DNA of 28,096 nucleotides from Nitrososphaerales archaeon (GTDB taxonomy: Archaea > Thermoproteota > Nitrososphaeria > Nitrososphaerales > UBA213), in contig JAZFZF010000231.1 of NCBI GenBank assembly GCA_036443875.1, positions 1 to 28,096 on the forward strand, given 5' to 3'. The notes beneath the pieces are model-generated. The model was given only the letters and a program-made list of their open reading frames with translations, was not told where the DNA came from and made no database searches. The translations under genes were made by a program, and so were the position numbers. This document shows positions 17,489 through 25,706 of this stretch, piece after piece; position 1 is the first letter of the stretch; each line of letters begins with the position of its first letter.

Positions 17489-18716
17489 ACATCCTTCAAA
17501 AGACATCGTCGATTCTGATGGAGAAGAGCTAAAGGGTAAGAAATTTGTTTTGTGTATTAGTGCAAGCGTCGCTGCCTATAAAGCAGTTGATCTAGCAAGA
17601 TTACTCATGCGTCATGGCGCCGATGTTCATACTGTTATGAGCAAATCATCGAACAAACTTTTGACGGCAGATCTTATGAAATGGGCTACTGGAAATGACG
17701 TAGTGACCAAACTAACTTGGAAATTGGAACACATACAGCTGGCAAATTACCGCATGTCTGATTTAATTCTATACTATCCATGCACTGGTAATACATTGAG
17801 TAAGATTGCCAATGGAATTGATGACACACCAATTACCTCGATTGCAAGCGTTGCACTGGGGTCAAAAATTCCCATAATGATAGCGCCTGCTATGCATGAG
17901 GCTATGTATGAGAATCCAATTCTGAAGGAGAATATAGAAAAATTGAAAGAGATAGTCGAATTCATTGAACCCCATATCATTGAGGGCAAGGCTAAGGTGG
18001 CAGAACCAGAGGCTGTTTTGGCAGCTGTTTTGGCCAAGTTCAAGGACCCTTCAAAACTGAAGGGGAAGAACGTTCTCATCACTGCAGGCGCTACCATTGA
18101 ACATATAGATCCTGTAAGAGTAGTAACAAATCCTGCTTCAGGCAAGTTTGGTGCTGCACTTGCCGAAGAAGCGATCAGACTCGGTGCTAATGTTACGATG
18201 ATTTATGGTTACGGTAATGCTGTTATACCAAAAAATTTACGAGTGATTAAAATAAGTACCAGCAGTGAAATGATGAGTACTGTAATTGATGAATTGCAGA
18301 AGAATAATTATGATATTGCGATTATGACGGCGGCTGTTTCAGACTTTAAACCTGAAAATCCAAGCCCTGAAAAAATAGATACCGAAAGTAATCCACAACT
18401 CACTATTAAATTGATAACTACCAGCAAGATAGTAAATCAGATCAAGAAGATCGCTCCTACGATATTCTTAATCGCCTTCAAGGCTGAGTGCAATGTTAGC
18501 AATGAGCAAATGGTGCAAACAGCATATTCTAAAATGAAGGAATGTGATGCTGACATAATAGTAGCCAATGACGTTGGAAAAGAAGGATCAGAGATGGGTT
18601 CGGATACTATCGAATTGTTTATTCTCTCTAAGGAAAAAAGAATTATTCACCTGCCCTTACAGACCAAGAAAAATATGGCACAAAAATTGTTCGAGCAAGT
18701 ACCGTTACAAAGTTAA
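17481..18716 (+). CDS. coaBC: Bifunctional phosphopantothenoylcysteine decarboxylase / ligase
   Basis: ASVAAYK, PCTGNTLSKIANGIDD, APAMH, ITAGAT.E.IDPVR.VTN and AAVSDF motifs. Confidence 0.96.
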   Translation: MNEHPSKDIVDSDGEELKGKKFVLCISASVAAYKAVDLARLLMRHGADVHTVMSKSSNKLLTADLMKWATGNDVVTKLTWKLEHIQLANYRMSDLILYYPCTGNTLSKIANGIDDTPITSIASVALGSKIPIMIAPAMHEAMYENPILKENIEKLKEIVEFIEPHIIEGKAKVAEPEAVLAAVLAKFKDPSKLKGKNVLITAGATIEHIDPVRVVTNPASGKFGAALAEEAIRLGANVTMIYGYGNAVIPKNLRVIKISTSSEMMSTVIDELQKNNYDIAIMTAAVSDFKPENPSPEKIDTESNPQLTIKLITTSKIVNQIKKIAPTIFLIAFKAECNVSNEQMVQTAYSKMKECDADIIVANDVGKEGSEMGSDTIELFILSKEKRIIHLPLQTKKNMAQKLFEQVPLQS

Positions 18717-18799
18717 GGAATCTTTTTTCATACTTGGTAAATGAAGTATTAAGATTTGTGAGCTCATTATTATCTCATTTGGCTTGATTCAACTGCATA

Positions 18800-19038
18800 A
18801 GGGTTGGGAGAAGGAAAGGTCATAACATGGTTCATAGACCGGTGCTATGTCTCGACCGTATCCCGAGCTGTTGAAGAACTTGTCCATCAACCGAATGAAT
18901 GTAGTCTCATGCTAGCTAGGACGTGAAATAAAAGAGAGGTACATTTGTGTAGATGTGAGCAAGAAGAGATACGCGGTATGCATAACGGATTAGTAAGGAT
19001 TCGTTATAGATGAATTGATGCCCTGTCTCATCACATAA
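18800..19038 (+). mobile_element. IS110-family relic: structured non-coding segment plus decayed DEDD recombinase N-terminus
   Basis: 18925-19017 reads EIKERYICVDVSKKRYAVCITD**GFVIDEL. This matches the IS110 N-terminal pattern (GxDVSK, first catalytic Asp) with tandem stops at 18991-96. Hairpins lie upstream. Confidence 0.65.
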
Positions 19039-19180
19039 GCCATTCCAACTTTGAGTTATATTAAAATTCAATGAAAGGAGGTTTCCCGGAGAGGATTTAT
19101 GAACTAATTCTCACCGCATATCAATAGATAAGTAACTTAATACCTACGTTTCTTATAATTTGACATGGAATCATCTACTA

Positions 19181-19230
19181 GAGTAGGTTGACAATTTCTC
19201 TCATCAGGAGAAGAACTGATCTACCTACTC
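19181..19230. repeat. 50-nt imperfect hairpin
   Basis: GAGTAGGT pairs with ACCTACTC (8 bp), and inner TTCTC pairs with GAGAA around a 7-nt loop. Confidence 0.55.
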
Positions 19231-19290
19231 ATCTTATTTGTTGTTATGGTTTGCTAATATATTATTATTACACGTCAGTAATGATCTTAC

Positions 19291-19317
19291 CGATAGTCTG
19301 ACCCTATCAGATTATCG
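19291..19317. repeat. 11-bp hairpin
   Basis: CGATAGTCTGA-cccta-TCAGATTATCG, with one G-T pair. Confidence 0.55.
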
Positions 19318-19487
19318 TCTCGTCTATAGTAATGTGTACAAGATATAGTGAATATATTTACAATATTAATCAAGTTTGCATAGTATACAAAAAATGCATT
19401 TGTTATACAAAGCATAATCAATCATTCAATGAAATCCGATACATACATACAGGTAGATAACAATAAAAAAAGTAGGTTATTATTACC

Positions 19488-19787
19488 TCAACTAAATGCT
19501 ATTGACGGAATCTCTTGTGATGAATTCGAAGGAGCTGATGGCTCTGGCAGAATTTCAGAATCAACGCATATGAGTGTATGACCGATCGAGACACCTCTTA
19601 CAGCAGAAATCGTCTGCAAAGCAATGTCAGATACATGCTTCAAGTCTCTTCCTTCTACTGTAACTAGTATGTCCGCACGACCTATTACTCTACATGCTTC
19701 TTTGACACTTTCTGACCTCCTTACGTTCTCAACGATCTTCTCAACATCGCTTCCTGGTTCGATATGAACCTCTATGTAGGCTTTCAA
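19488..19787 (-). CDS. Stand-alone Lrp/AsnC ligand-binding (RAM) domain protein
   Basis: KAYIEVHIEPG..V.E...V.GRADILV.V pattern, no HTH, TTG start, and TTTAAA 32 nt upstream. Confidence 0.8.
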   Translation of the reverse strand: MKAYIEVHIEPGSDVEKIVENVRRSESVKEACRVIGRADILVTVEGRDLKHVSDIALQTISAVRGVSIGHTLICVDSEILPEPSAPSNSSQEIPSIAFS

Positions 19788-19877
19788 TGCTTATCACTAA
19801 CCAAGATTACAATACTTGTTTAAAGTGCAGTGTTGACAAAAGACTATTCCAACGCTCAATAAAATTACACAGTATAA

Positions 19878-20354
19878 TTATCGTATCAGTGAAACAAGTT
19901 TATCCTTCCAAACATTCAAAACTGAAATTACCCGACTAATAATTACACCTTCTATGGTCTTGATATCGTTCGCAAGGATATTTGCAATATCACCAAAACT
20001 TGCCGCTCTCACCTTTAACAAAAGGTCTCCATAAGTATGTACTTCATACACTTCAATTATGTAGGTTACCTTTGCTAGTTCCTGCGCCAAATGCTGTACA
20101 TGGCCAGGGTTTACATTAACAATTACAAATGCTATGGCACCCAGTCCAAATGGCCGGCTCGGTAGCAACAGTAAATCCTTTAATTATGCCATGTTTCGTT
20201 AATTTCTTCAGTCTGTGCTTTATAGTACCTTCATTAACACCCAAACACTTGGCTATCTTAACGAATGGTGTAAGACAGTCATATCTTAGTAAATTAATTA
20301 TCTTCCTATCATTGTATCCAAAAGTTTTAGTTTTCGCTTTCTCTTGCGCCGCAT
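19878..20354 (-). pseudogene. Full-length Lrp/AsnC regulator with its HTH shifted out of frame by two compensating 1-nt indels
   Basis: MRRKRKRKLKLLD(T), then -1 near 20313 into NDRKIINLLRYDCLTPFVKIAKCLGVNEGTIKHRLKKLTKHGIIKGFTVATEP, then +1 near 20153 into FGLGAIAFVIVNV (RAM domain). Total span is 477 nt, or 159 codons. Confidence 0.8.
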
Positions 20355-20542
20355 TGGTTGAAGTTGGATGTAAGGTTGAAGTGGTAACGGCTATTTGGGC
20401 ATAGGATTGCTATGGGTAGGAATAGCAGTAACCAATCTGTTTGAAACAATGACAGGATTGAGCAGCTTTACAGTTGGCGTAGTACTGACTACCTTCGGTG
20501 TAAGAGAGAAGCGCTAAGAAGTAACTACTAACGCGTAATTTT

Positions 20543-21613
20543 TTAAAGCACTTGCACTTCCTTTGTATATCTGGTAAATAACTTTGCTTTTTTACCTACT
20601 ACAAGGCTATCCTCTATTCTCACACCAAACTTGTTCGGAATGTATATTCCTGGCTCTACGGTAATTGCAGTATTATTCTCCAAAACCTCATCATTTTTCA
20701 TCCTTATCCAAGGGGGTTCATGTATTTCCAAGCCAATACCATGGCCTGTAGAGTGTATAAAGTACTTCCCGTATCCTTTTCTCTCTATGAAGGAACGACA
20801 TACATTATCAACTTCACCACATTTTACTCCGGTTTTAGCAGCATTCAGTCCACTTTCCTGTGCTTCTTTAACTATACCATATATCTTGTTCATCTCATTA
20901 CTTATCCTTCCAATGGCAAAGGTTCTTGTTGCATCTGCAATGTATCCCTTATGCCTTAACGTTAGATCTACTGTTACAAAATCGCCCCTTCTTATCTTCT
21001 TGCCTGTAGGTTCCGCATGTGGTAGTGCGGAGTTTATACCCGAAGCTACTATCAAGGGCGACAATGTGTACCTGTGCGATGCAGGATATGCTCCCATTTT
21101 CATTGCTTCGTAAAGCAATGTAGCTTGCAGACGCTCTTCCGTAACACCGACCTTGATAGCCTTCTCGCATTTAACAAATAATTTATCGAGAATTCTGGCA
21201 GCATCAGCTATAATTTTTATTTCATTGCTGGTCTTGACCATTCTAGAATGATAAAATGGCTCTGTTGAATATACAAGCTTCCTTCCTACTTTTTTCTTAA
21301 TTGTTTCAAATATAGCAACATCATCACAATCTGTGCATATAATATCATTATTTAGGATGGATAACAGCATATCAAGCATGCCCCTGCCGCGTTCGGCAGC
21401 TGTTACCTCACAATCTCTACTATCTTTTCTCGCTCTTTCCATCTCAAGTTTTGGTGCTATTAGTTTAGTACCATCTTCATTTACCAGTGCTATAGCTTCT
21501 CCCCAGAATCCTGTTATGTAAAACACATTTTCTGGTTGAAAGGCAATGAGAGTATTGCAATTAATGTTTGCAGATTTTGCAAGTAATATCTTGTTCCTAA
21601 CCATAGGGGTCAT
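20543..21613 (-). CDS. pepQ: Xaa-Pro aminopeptidase / prolidase (M24B)
   Basis: NVFYITGF, SALPHA, D..D.TRT, HSTGHGIGLEIHEPP and TVEPGIY..GVRIED motifs. Confidence 0.93.
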   Translation of the reverse strand: MTPMVRNKILLAKSANINCNTLIAFQPENVFYITGFWGEAIALVNEDGTKLIAPKLEMERARKDSRDCEVTAAERGRGMLDMLLSILNNDIICTDCDDVAIFETIKKKVGRKLVYSTEPFYHSRMVKTSNEIKIIADAARILDKLFVKCEKAIKVGVTEERLQATLLYEAMKMGAYPASHRYTLSPLIVASGINSALPHAEPTGKKIRRGDFVTVDLTLRHKGYIADATRTFAIGRISNEMNKIYGIVKEAQESGLNAAKTGVKCGEVDNVCRSFIERKGYGKYFIHSTGHGIGLEIHEPPWIRMKNDEVLENNTAITVEPGIYIPNKFGVRIEDSLVVGKKAKLFTRYTKEVQVL

Positions 21614-21616
21614 GTG

Positions 21617-21693
21617 ATATCATATGCTTTTTAGTTTTGCTTCCCTATGACAAGTTTTCTTTCATAGTTGCTAAACTATTTTGCATATGATAT
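21617..21693. repeat. 77-nt imperfect inverted repeat (long hairpin / cruciform)
   Basis: ATATCATATGC/GCATATGATAT (11 bp), TAGTTT/AAACTA (6 bp), GC/GC (2 bp) and CTATGA/TCATAG (6 bp) are nested in register. Confidence 0.8.
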
Positions 21694-21723
21694 TTTTTAT
21701 GCATCATTATATGTTCTACGGGT

Positions 21724-22182
21724 GTGTCGAGAGCAAAGACTCAGTATGTAAGGCGGAAACATATTCCTTTACGTTCATATAAAAACAGTTATGATAAGAA
21801 TAACAATAAGCTTTGTTTGAACTGTGACAAACCAGTTATAGGAAGGAGGTCGGATGCAAGGTACTGTTCCAGCGACTGTTCTTGGGATTTTTACGTTAAG
21901 AACAATTGGCGATTGCTAAGAATGAAGATAATGAGAAGGGATAGACTCACATGTCAAAACTGTGGTGATAGAAGGAGCAGGGTCAAAGCAAATGGGAGGT
22001 ACAGGAGAAACTTCCAAGTTGATCACAAAGTGCCATTATTCAAGGGCGGAAGGGAATTCGAAGAATCAAATTTATGGACACTATGCGTTTCATGCCACCT
22101 AGAAAAGACACAGTCTGAATTAGCAGAAAGGATTTATGTTAAAAACAACCACATGAAATTCCTTCCCGAACTTCATATCTAG
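21724..22182 (+). CDS. HNH endonuclease with an N-terminal Cys4 zinc-finger-like module
   Basis: CLNC..RYCSSDC, then RDRLTCQNCG...QVDHKVPLFKGG...SNLWTLCVSCHLEKT. Confidence 0.9.
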   Translation: MSRAKTQYVRRKHIPLRSYKNSYDKNNNKLCLNCDKPVIGRRSDARYCSSDCSWDFYVKNNWRLLRMKIMRRDRLTCQNCGDRRSRVKANGRYRRNFQVDHKVPLFKGGREFEESNLWTLCVSCHLEKTQSELAERIYVKNNHMKFLPELHI

Positions 22183-22872
22183 TAATTATACATCAAACCC
22201 CATTAGTGTAGAAATTTTGCTTGAAGATTGTAGAAAACTGATGATCTTTATAGCAAGATACGCTAATATTCGATCATAAGATGGGCATGGACCAAATAGC
22301 AAATCACATAAACAGCTATCATTACCAATCATATCCTTATACCAGTTTCACATGATATTGCACGAGGAAAAGTAAGATAAAAAAGTGAAAGGTGATACCC
22401 AAAGGTGGATCAAAGGCAAAAAAGAAAAACAAGTGTCTGACTAAAGAAAGGAAGGAAGTGCAGGAGATGTTATGGAATCTCTAACATTTGATTAATTAGA
22501 ACCGTCTTAAAGCAAGGTAATCAATACATCGCTGCGGCTGAAGAGGTAAGCATACTGCCCTTTGAGTTACGTCAACTAGCTTTAGCGAATATATTACTGG
22601 AAGCATAGATACGCTATAAGAGGTAGATATCAAGTACGAAGTTACTCCCATTCCATGAATCATTTAGCATACATAGAATTTTTGATGGCTCGAAAGCTAT
22701 TACAACGAGGCGATTCAAACGGCGTATATTTGCAAGAGTCATCAACAGGTACACTAAATTATGTGAGGATGTTAAGGTTAGTTGACACAATCATTTGACA
22801 CGAAAATATTCCTTTTTCCATTCACGCTTTGTATGCTTGACTTCCGTTAAACTTAATATTTAACATTTACAT

Positions 22873-23910
22873 ATGGGTGATTTGGAGTACTTGCAAATGG
22901 AAGAGAATAAGAAGAAGCCAAGAGCTGTAGCACTGCTTTCTGGTGGGTTGGACAGCAACCTGGCTGTTAAATTAATGAAGCAACAAGGTATAGACGTAAA
23001 AGCTGTTGCTATAAAAACTCCGTTTTGTGATTTTGATTGTGGACATGGCTGTGGCTTTAGAGTTAAAGAAGTAGCTGAAAAACTTGATGTCGAGTTGAAA
23101 ACATTCTATCTTGGTAACGAATATCTTGCGATGTTAAAAAATCCTAAACATGGTTACGGTTCTGGTATGAATCCATGTATAGATTGTAGAGAGATGATGT
23201 TCAAAGTTGCCAAAGACTACATGCAGGAGGTTGATGCTGAATTTATCATTACCGGCGAAGTTTTGGAGCAGAGACCTATGAGCCAGAATCCACGAGCATT
23301 AAAGATCATTGAAAAAGAGTCCGGTTTGGAAGGAAGGATTTTAAGACCATTATCAGCTAAACACTTGCCAGAAACCAAAGCTGAAAAGGAAGGTTTGGTA
23401 GAAAGGGAACAACTATTGAGTATAAAGGGAAGAACAAGAAAAACTCAGATCCAACTTGCTAAAAACTTTGGTATCACAGATTATCCCAATTCAGCTGGTG
23501 GTTGTTTGTTAACAGATCCGTGTTTTTCGAAAAGAGTAAAGGATCTTTTCAAACATACCTCAGAACCAACACTCAATGATACGGAGTTGTTGAAGGTTGG
23601 AAGACATTTCAGACTTACAGGCAAGTCAAAATTAATAGTCGGAAGAAACGAAGAAGAAAATGACATTATCAGTTCGTTAGCGATGCCAGATGACTTGCTG
23701 ATAGAGGTGAAGGATTTCAAAGGACCACTAGCGCTACTGCGAGGTATTTGTGCTCACGACATAATAGAGTTGGCATCATCTATAGTGCATAGATATTCAG
23801 ATGCATCGAAAGGCGAAAAATGCATTTTAACAATTAAAAATAGCGATAACTTGAACGAGATTTCTGTCTCATCAATAGCTGATGAACAGCTAAATTCATA
23901 TAGAATTTAG
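22873..23910 (+). CDS. PP-loop tRNA sulfurtransferase-like protein (ThiI/MnmA-related, no THUMP domain, probable C-terminal DUF814/NFACT-R-like domain)
   Basis: LLSGGLDS PP-loop, NPCIDCR, TGEVLEQRPMSQ, AGGCLLTD and VGRHFR..LIVGRN motifs. The start may be 22897. Confidence 0.8.
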   Translation: MGDLEYLQMEENKKKPRAVALLSGGLDSNLAVKLMKQQGIDVKAVAIKTPFCDFDCGHGCGFRVKEVAEKLDVELKTFYLGNEYLAMLKNPKHGYGSGMNPCIDCREMMFKVAKDYMQEVDAEFIITGEVLEQRPMSQNPRALKIIEKESGLEGRILRPLSAKHLPETKAEKEGLVEREQLLSIKGRTRKTQIQLAKNFGITDYPNSAGGCLLTDPCFSKRVKDLFKHTSEPTLNDTELLKVGRHFRLTGKSKLIVGRNEEENDIISSLAMPDDLLIEVKDFKGPLALLRGICAHDIIELASSIVHRYSDASKGEKCILTIKNSDNLNEISVSSIADEQLNSYRI

Positions 23911-23911
23911 T

Positions 23912-23966
23912 CTCTTTAAGCTTCATGTTAACCAGTGTTGATCGGCAAGGATATCTGCTTAGAGAG
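23912..23966 (+). promoter_or_regulatory. 10-bp stem partly covering the sepF SD
   Basis: CTCTTTAAGC pairs with GCTTAGAGAG (one G-U). The GAGGTG SD is at 23964-69. Confidence 0.3.
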
Positions 23967-23979
23967 GTGTTGTTAGTTA

Positions 23980-24258
23980 ATGCAAGAGCATAAACAGCCA
24001 ACGTATGTGAAATCTATAACTCTACGAGATCCAACAGATGTTGATGAAATCAAACAAGATGTCAAAAAACATAATGTTGTTATAATCAGGGTTACGCCAT
24101 TAGCACAAAAGAACATTGATGAATTGAAAGTAGCCGTAGAAGAACTTTACAAGTTCACACAATCTATTGAAGGTGATATTGCAAGGCTTGGTGAGGAAAG
24201 AATCGTGATGACTCCTCCAGGGGTTAAGGTTTGGAAAGGGGCCTATGATATGAAGTAA
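23980..24258 (+). CDS. sepF: Archaeal SepF-family cell division protein
   Basis: LRDPTDVDEIK..V...NVVII.V, ELK..VEEL and GDIARLGEERIVMTPPGVKV pattern. Confidence 0.8.
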   Translation: MQEHKQPTYVKSITLRDPTDVDEIKQDVKKHNVVIIRVTPLAQKNIDELKVAVEELYKFTQSIEGDIARLGEERIVMTPPGVKVWKGAYDMK

Positions 24259-24328
24259 TTGAGATACTATTCAACTTTTTACAGATTGCTTCGATGAAAG
24301 AACAAAACAAAGATCAAACTAACAATAC

Positions 24329-25264
24329 TTAAAATAAATTCTTGCTGTGTTTGTATTGCTGGATTTTTTCATTCCTTGATGGTTTTCTAAACACATAAAG
24401 ATGTTCGTGTGCTATTTTATAGAAATCATAGTTTGAACCTCGCCACGCTTCCCTTGTTCCTTTTGTCTTATGCTGCAATTTGATGATGTCTTCTTTAAGA
24501 ATGAAACCAGCATCAAGGAATATGTGTAGCACGTTATGTGATATAGGTACATAATGTCTATGCTTCCTAGTGTCTCCTATAAGTATCCCACAGTGTCTGT
24601 CAGGCTTGACTACCCGGAAGCATTCTTCTGCCACAAGTCTCATTTCTTGCAAATACTTATCGATAGATAGCGCAGACAGATCAGCCTTGATCTGTGACCT
24701 TGAATATGAGATTATACCTGCGTAGGGTGGATGCGTTGCAATCAAATCAATACTTTCATCGTCGATTTTGTTCAAGTTGCGCGCATCGCCTACGTATGCG
24801 TTAACGGAAACCCTGTTATCATAGTCAAAGTTCAATCTATCCAAAGCTACTAATATTGAATTATAATTCACATCAATGCCTATTGCATTTCTGCCTAACA
24901 ATTTGCACTCAATTAGTGTAGTACCGCTACCCGTCATCTGGTCAAGAACAGTATCTCCCTCTTTGGTATACTTCCATATCAGATTGTAAGGTATGTAAGG
25001 ACTCCAGTTACCTCTGTACTTTCCGTCATGCGTTGACCAGTCCCCCCTGTCAGGGAACGACCAGACCGTAAATGACTCGTGTTTGTAATCGCTTGGTGGA
25101 GCAAATTTCTTGATTGATACCGCCTGCGCGATCGGTATGGTTACATTTCCAACTATAACCTGTCGATGTTTCTTTGCGAACTGATGATAATCATCACCAG
25201 TTACAAGCGTCATACTTGCATATTTTGCCTGTTTTAATGCTTCTGATGGTAGCGCTTTTTGCAC
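24329..25264 (-). CDS. Orphan SAM-dependent amino-methyltransferase (N4-C/N6-A DNA methylase-like)
   Basis: WSFPDRGDWSTH..YRGNWSP, motif I VLDQMTGSGTT preceding catalytic THPPY (alpha-class order), and IGDTRKHRHY, HEHL. Confidence 0.85.
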   Translation of the reverse strand: MQKALPSEALKQAKYASMTLVTGDDYHQFAKKHRQVIVGNVTIPIAQAVSIKKFAPPSDYKHESFTVWSFPDRGDWSTHDGKYRGNWSPYIPYNLIWKYTKEGDTVLDQMTGSGTTLIECKLLGRNAIGIDVNYNSILVALDRLNFDYDNRVSVNAYVGDARNLNKIDDESIDLIATHPPYAGIISYSRSQIKADLSALSIDKYLQEMRLVAEECFRVVKPDRHCGILIGDTRKHRHYVPISHNVLHIFLDAGFILKEDIIKLQHKTKGTREAWRGSNYDFYKIAHEHLYVFRKPSRNEKIQQYKHSKNLF

Positions 25265-25417
25265 CCTATTTCCTCGAAAATCTTATAAAAAAGCGCGCAA
25301 GCAACATCGAAGTTACCTTAGCAACAAATTTGTTAGACTAGTTCTCAAGGAATTGGACTAAACCAAAATTTCGGCTAAAACATAAGATCAATATACCAGT
25401 GGTGAGAATAGTGTGGT

Positions 25418-25648
25418 ATGAGCGATGATAACCACAAGAGAATAAGAATAGTTATTCACGAACTAGACAAGGGCAAGTACAGGAGAACCACCTCGCGAAA
25501 CATAAGTGTCTCCGACAGCGCCTCAGTAGACGAGGTACAGAACATCATCCTGAACGCCCTAGCTAGATACGGTATAAAGCACAAGTACACTTGGTATAGC
25601 GCTGAAGCACCAACCGCTGAAGCACCAACTGTGCAGGCGAAGAACTAG
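25418..25648 (+). CDS. Small hypothetical protein with a tandem AEAPT repeat
   Basis: 76 aa with GGTGAG SD at 25401-06. Many C/G-ending codons compared with neighbours. Confidence 0.65.
   Translation: MSDDNHKRIRIVIHELDKGKYRRTTSRNISVSDSASVDEVQNIILNALARYGIKHKYTWYSAEAPTAEAPTVQAKN
25600..25629 (+). repeat. Perfect 15-nt tandem duplication
   Basis: CGCTGAAGCACCAAC x2, in frame. Confidence 0.9.
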
Positions 25649-25706
25649 TACTGTGTGTACAGTTAAGACAAAGTAGTTCTACCCTCGGGGCTATCCTATC
25701 TCCCTT

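Noticed and set aside
19190-19215. Hammerhead ribozyme (CUGAUGA..GAAA on the minus strand)
   Set aside because: Only 2 nt separate CUGAUGA and GAAA, so there is no stem II, and stems I/III cannot be built convincingly.
21724-22182. IscB/TnpB or Tas-type RNA-guided nuclease
   Set aside because: At 152 aa it has no RuvC, PLMP or Nop-domain motifs, and there is no repeat array nearby.
22238-22270. Second C/D sRNA (TGATGA at about 22239)
   Set aside because: There is no CTGA D'/D box at guide distance.
22392-22483. 30-aa basic peptide (GTG-IPKGGSKAKKKNK..)
   Set aside because: It is too short, lies in an A-rich tract that biases toward Lys, and has no recognisable family.
22256-22616. 10-bp direct repeat AGATACGCTA as a target-site duplication
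   Set aside because: About one such match is expected by chance in 700 nt of AT-rich DNA, and there are no terminal inverted repeats.
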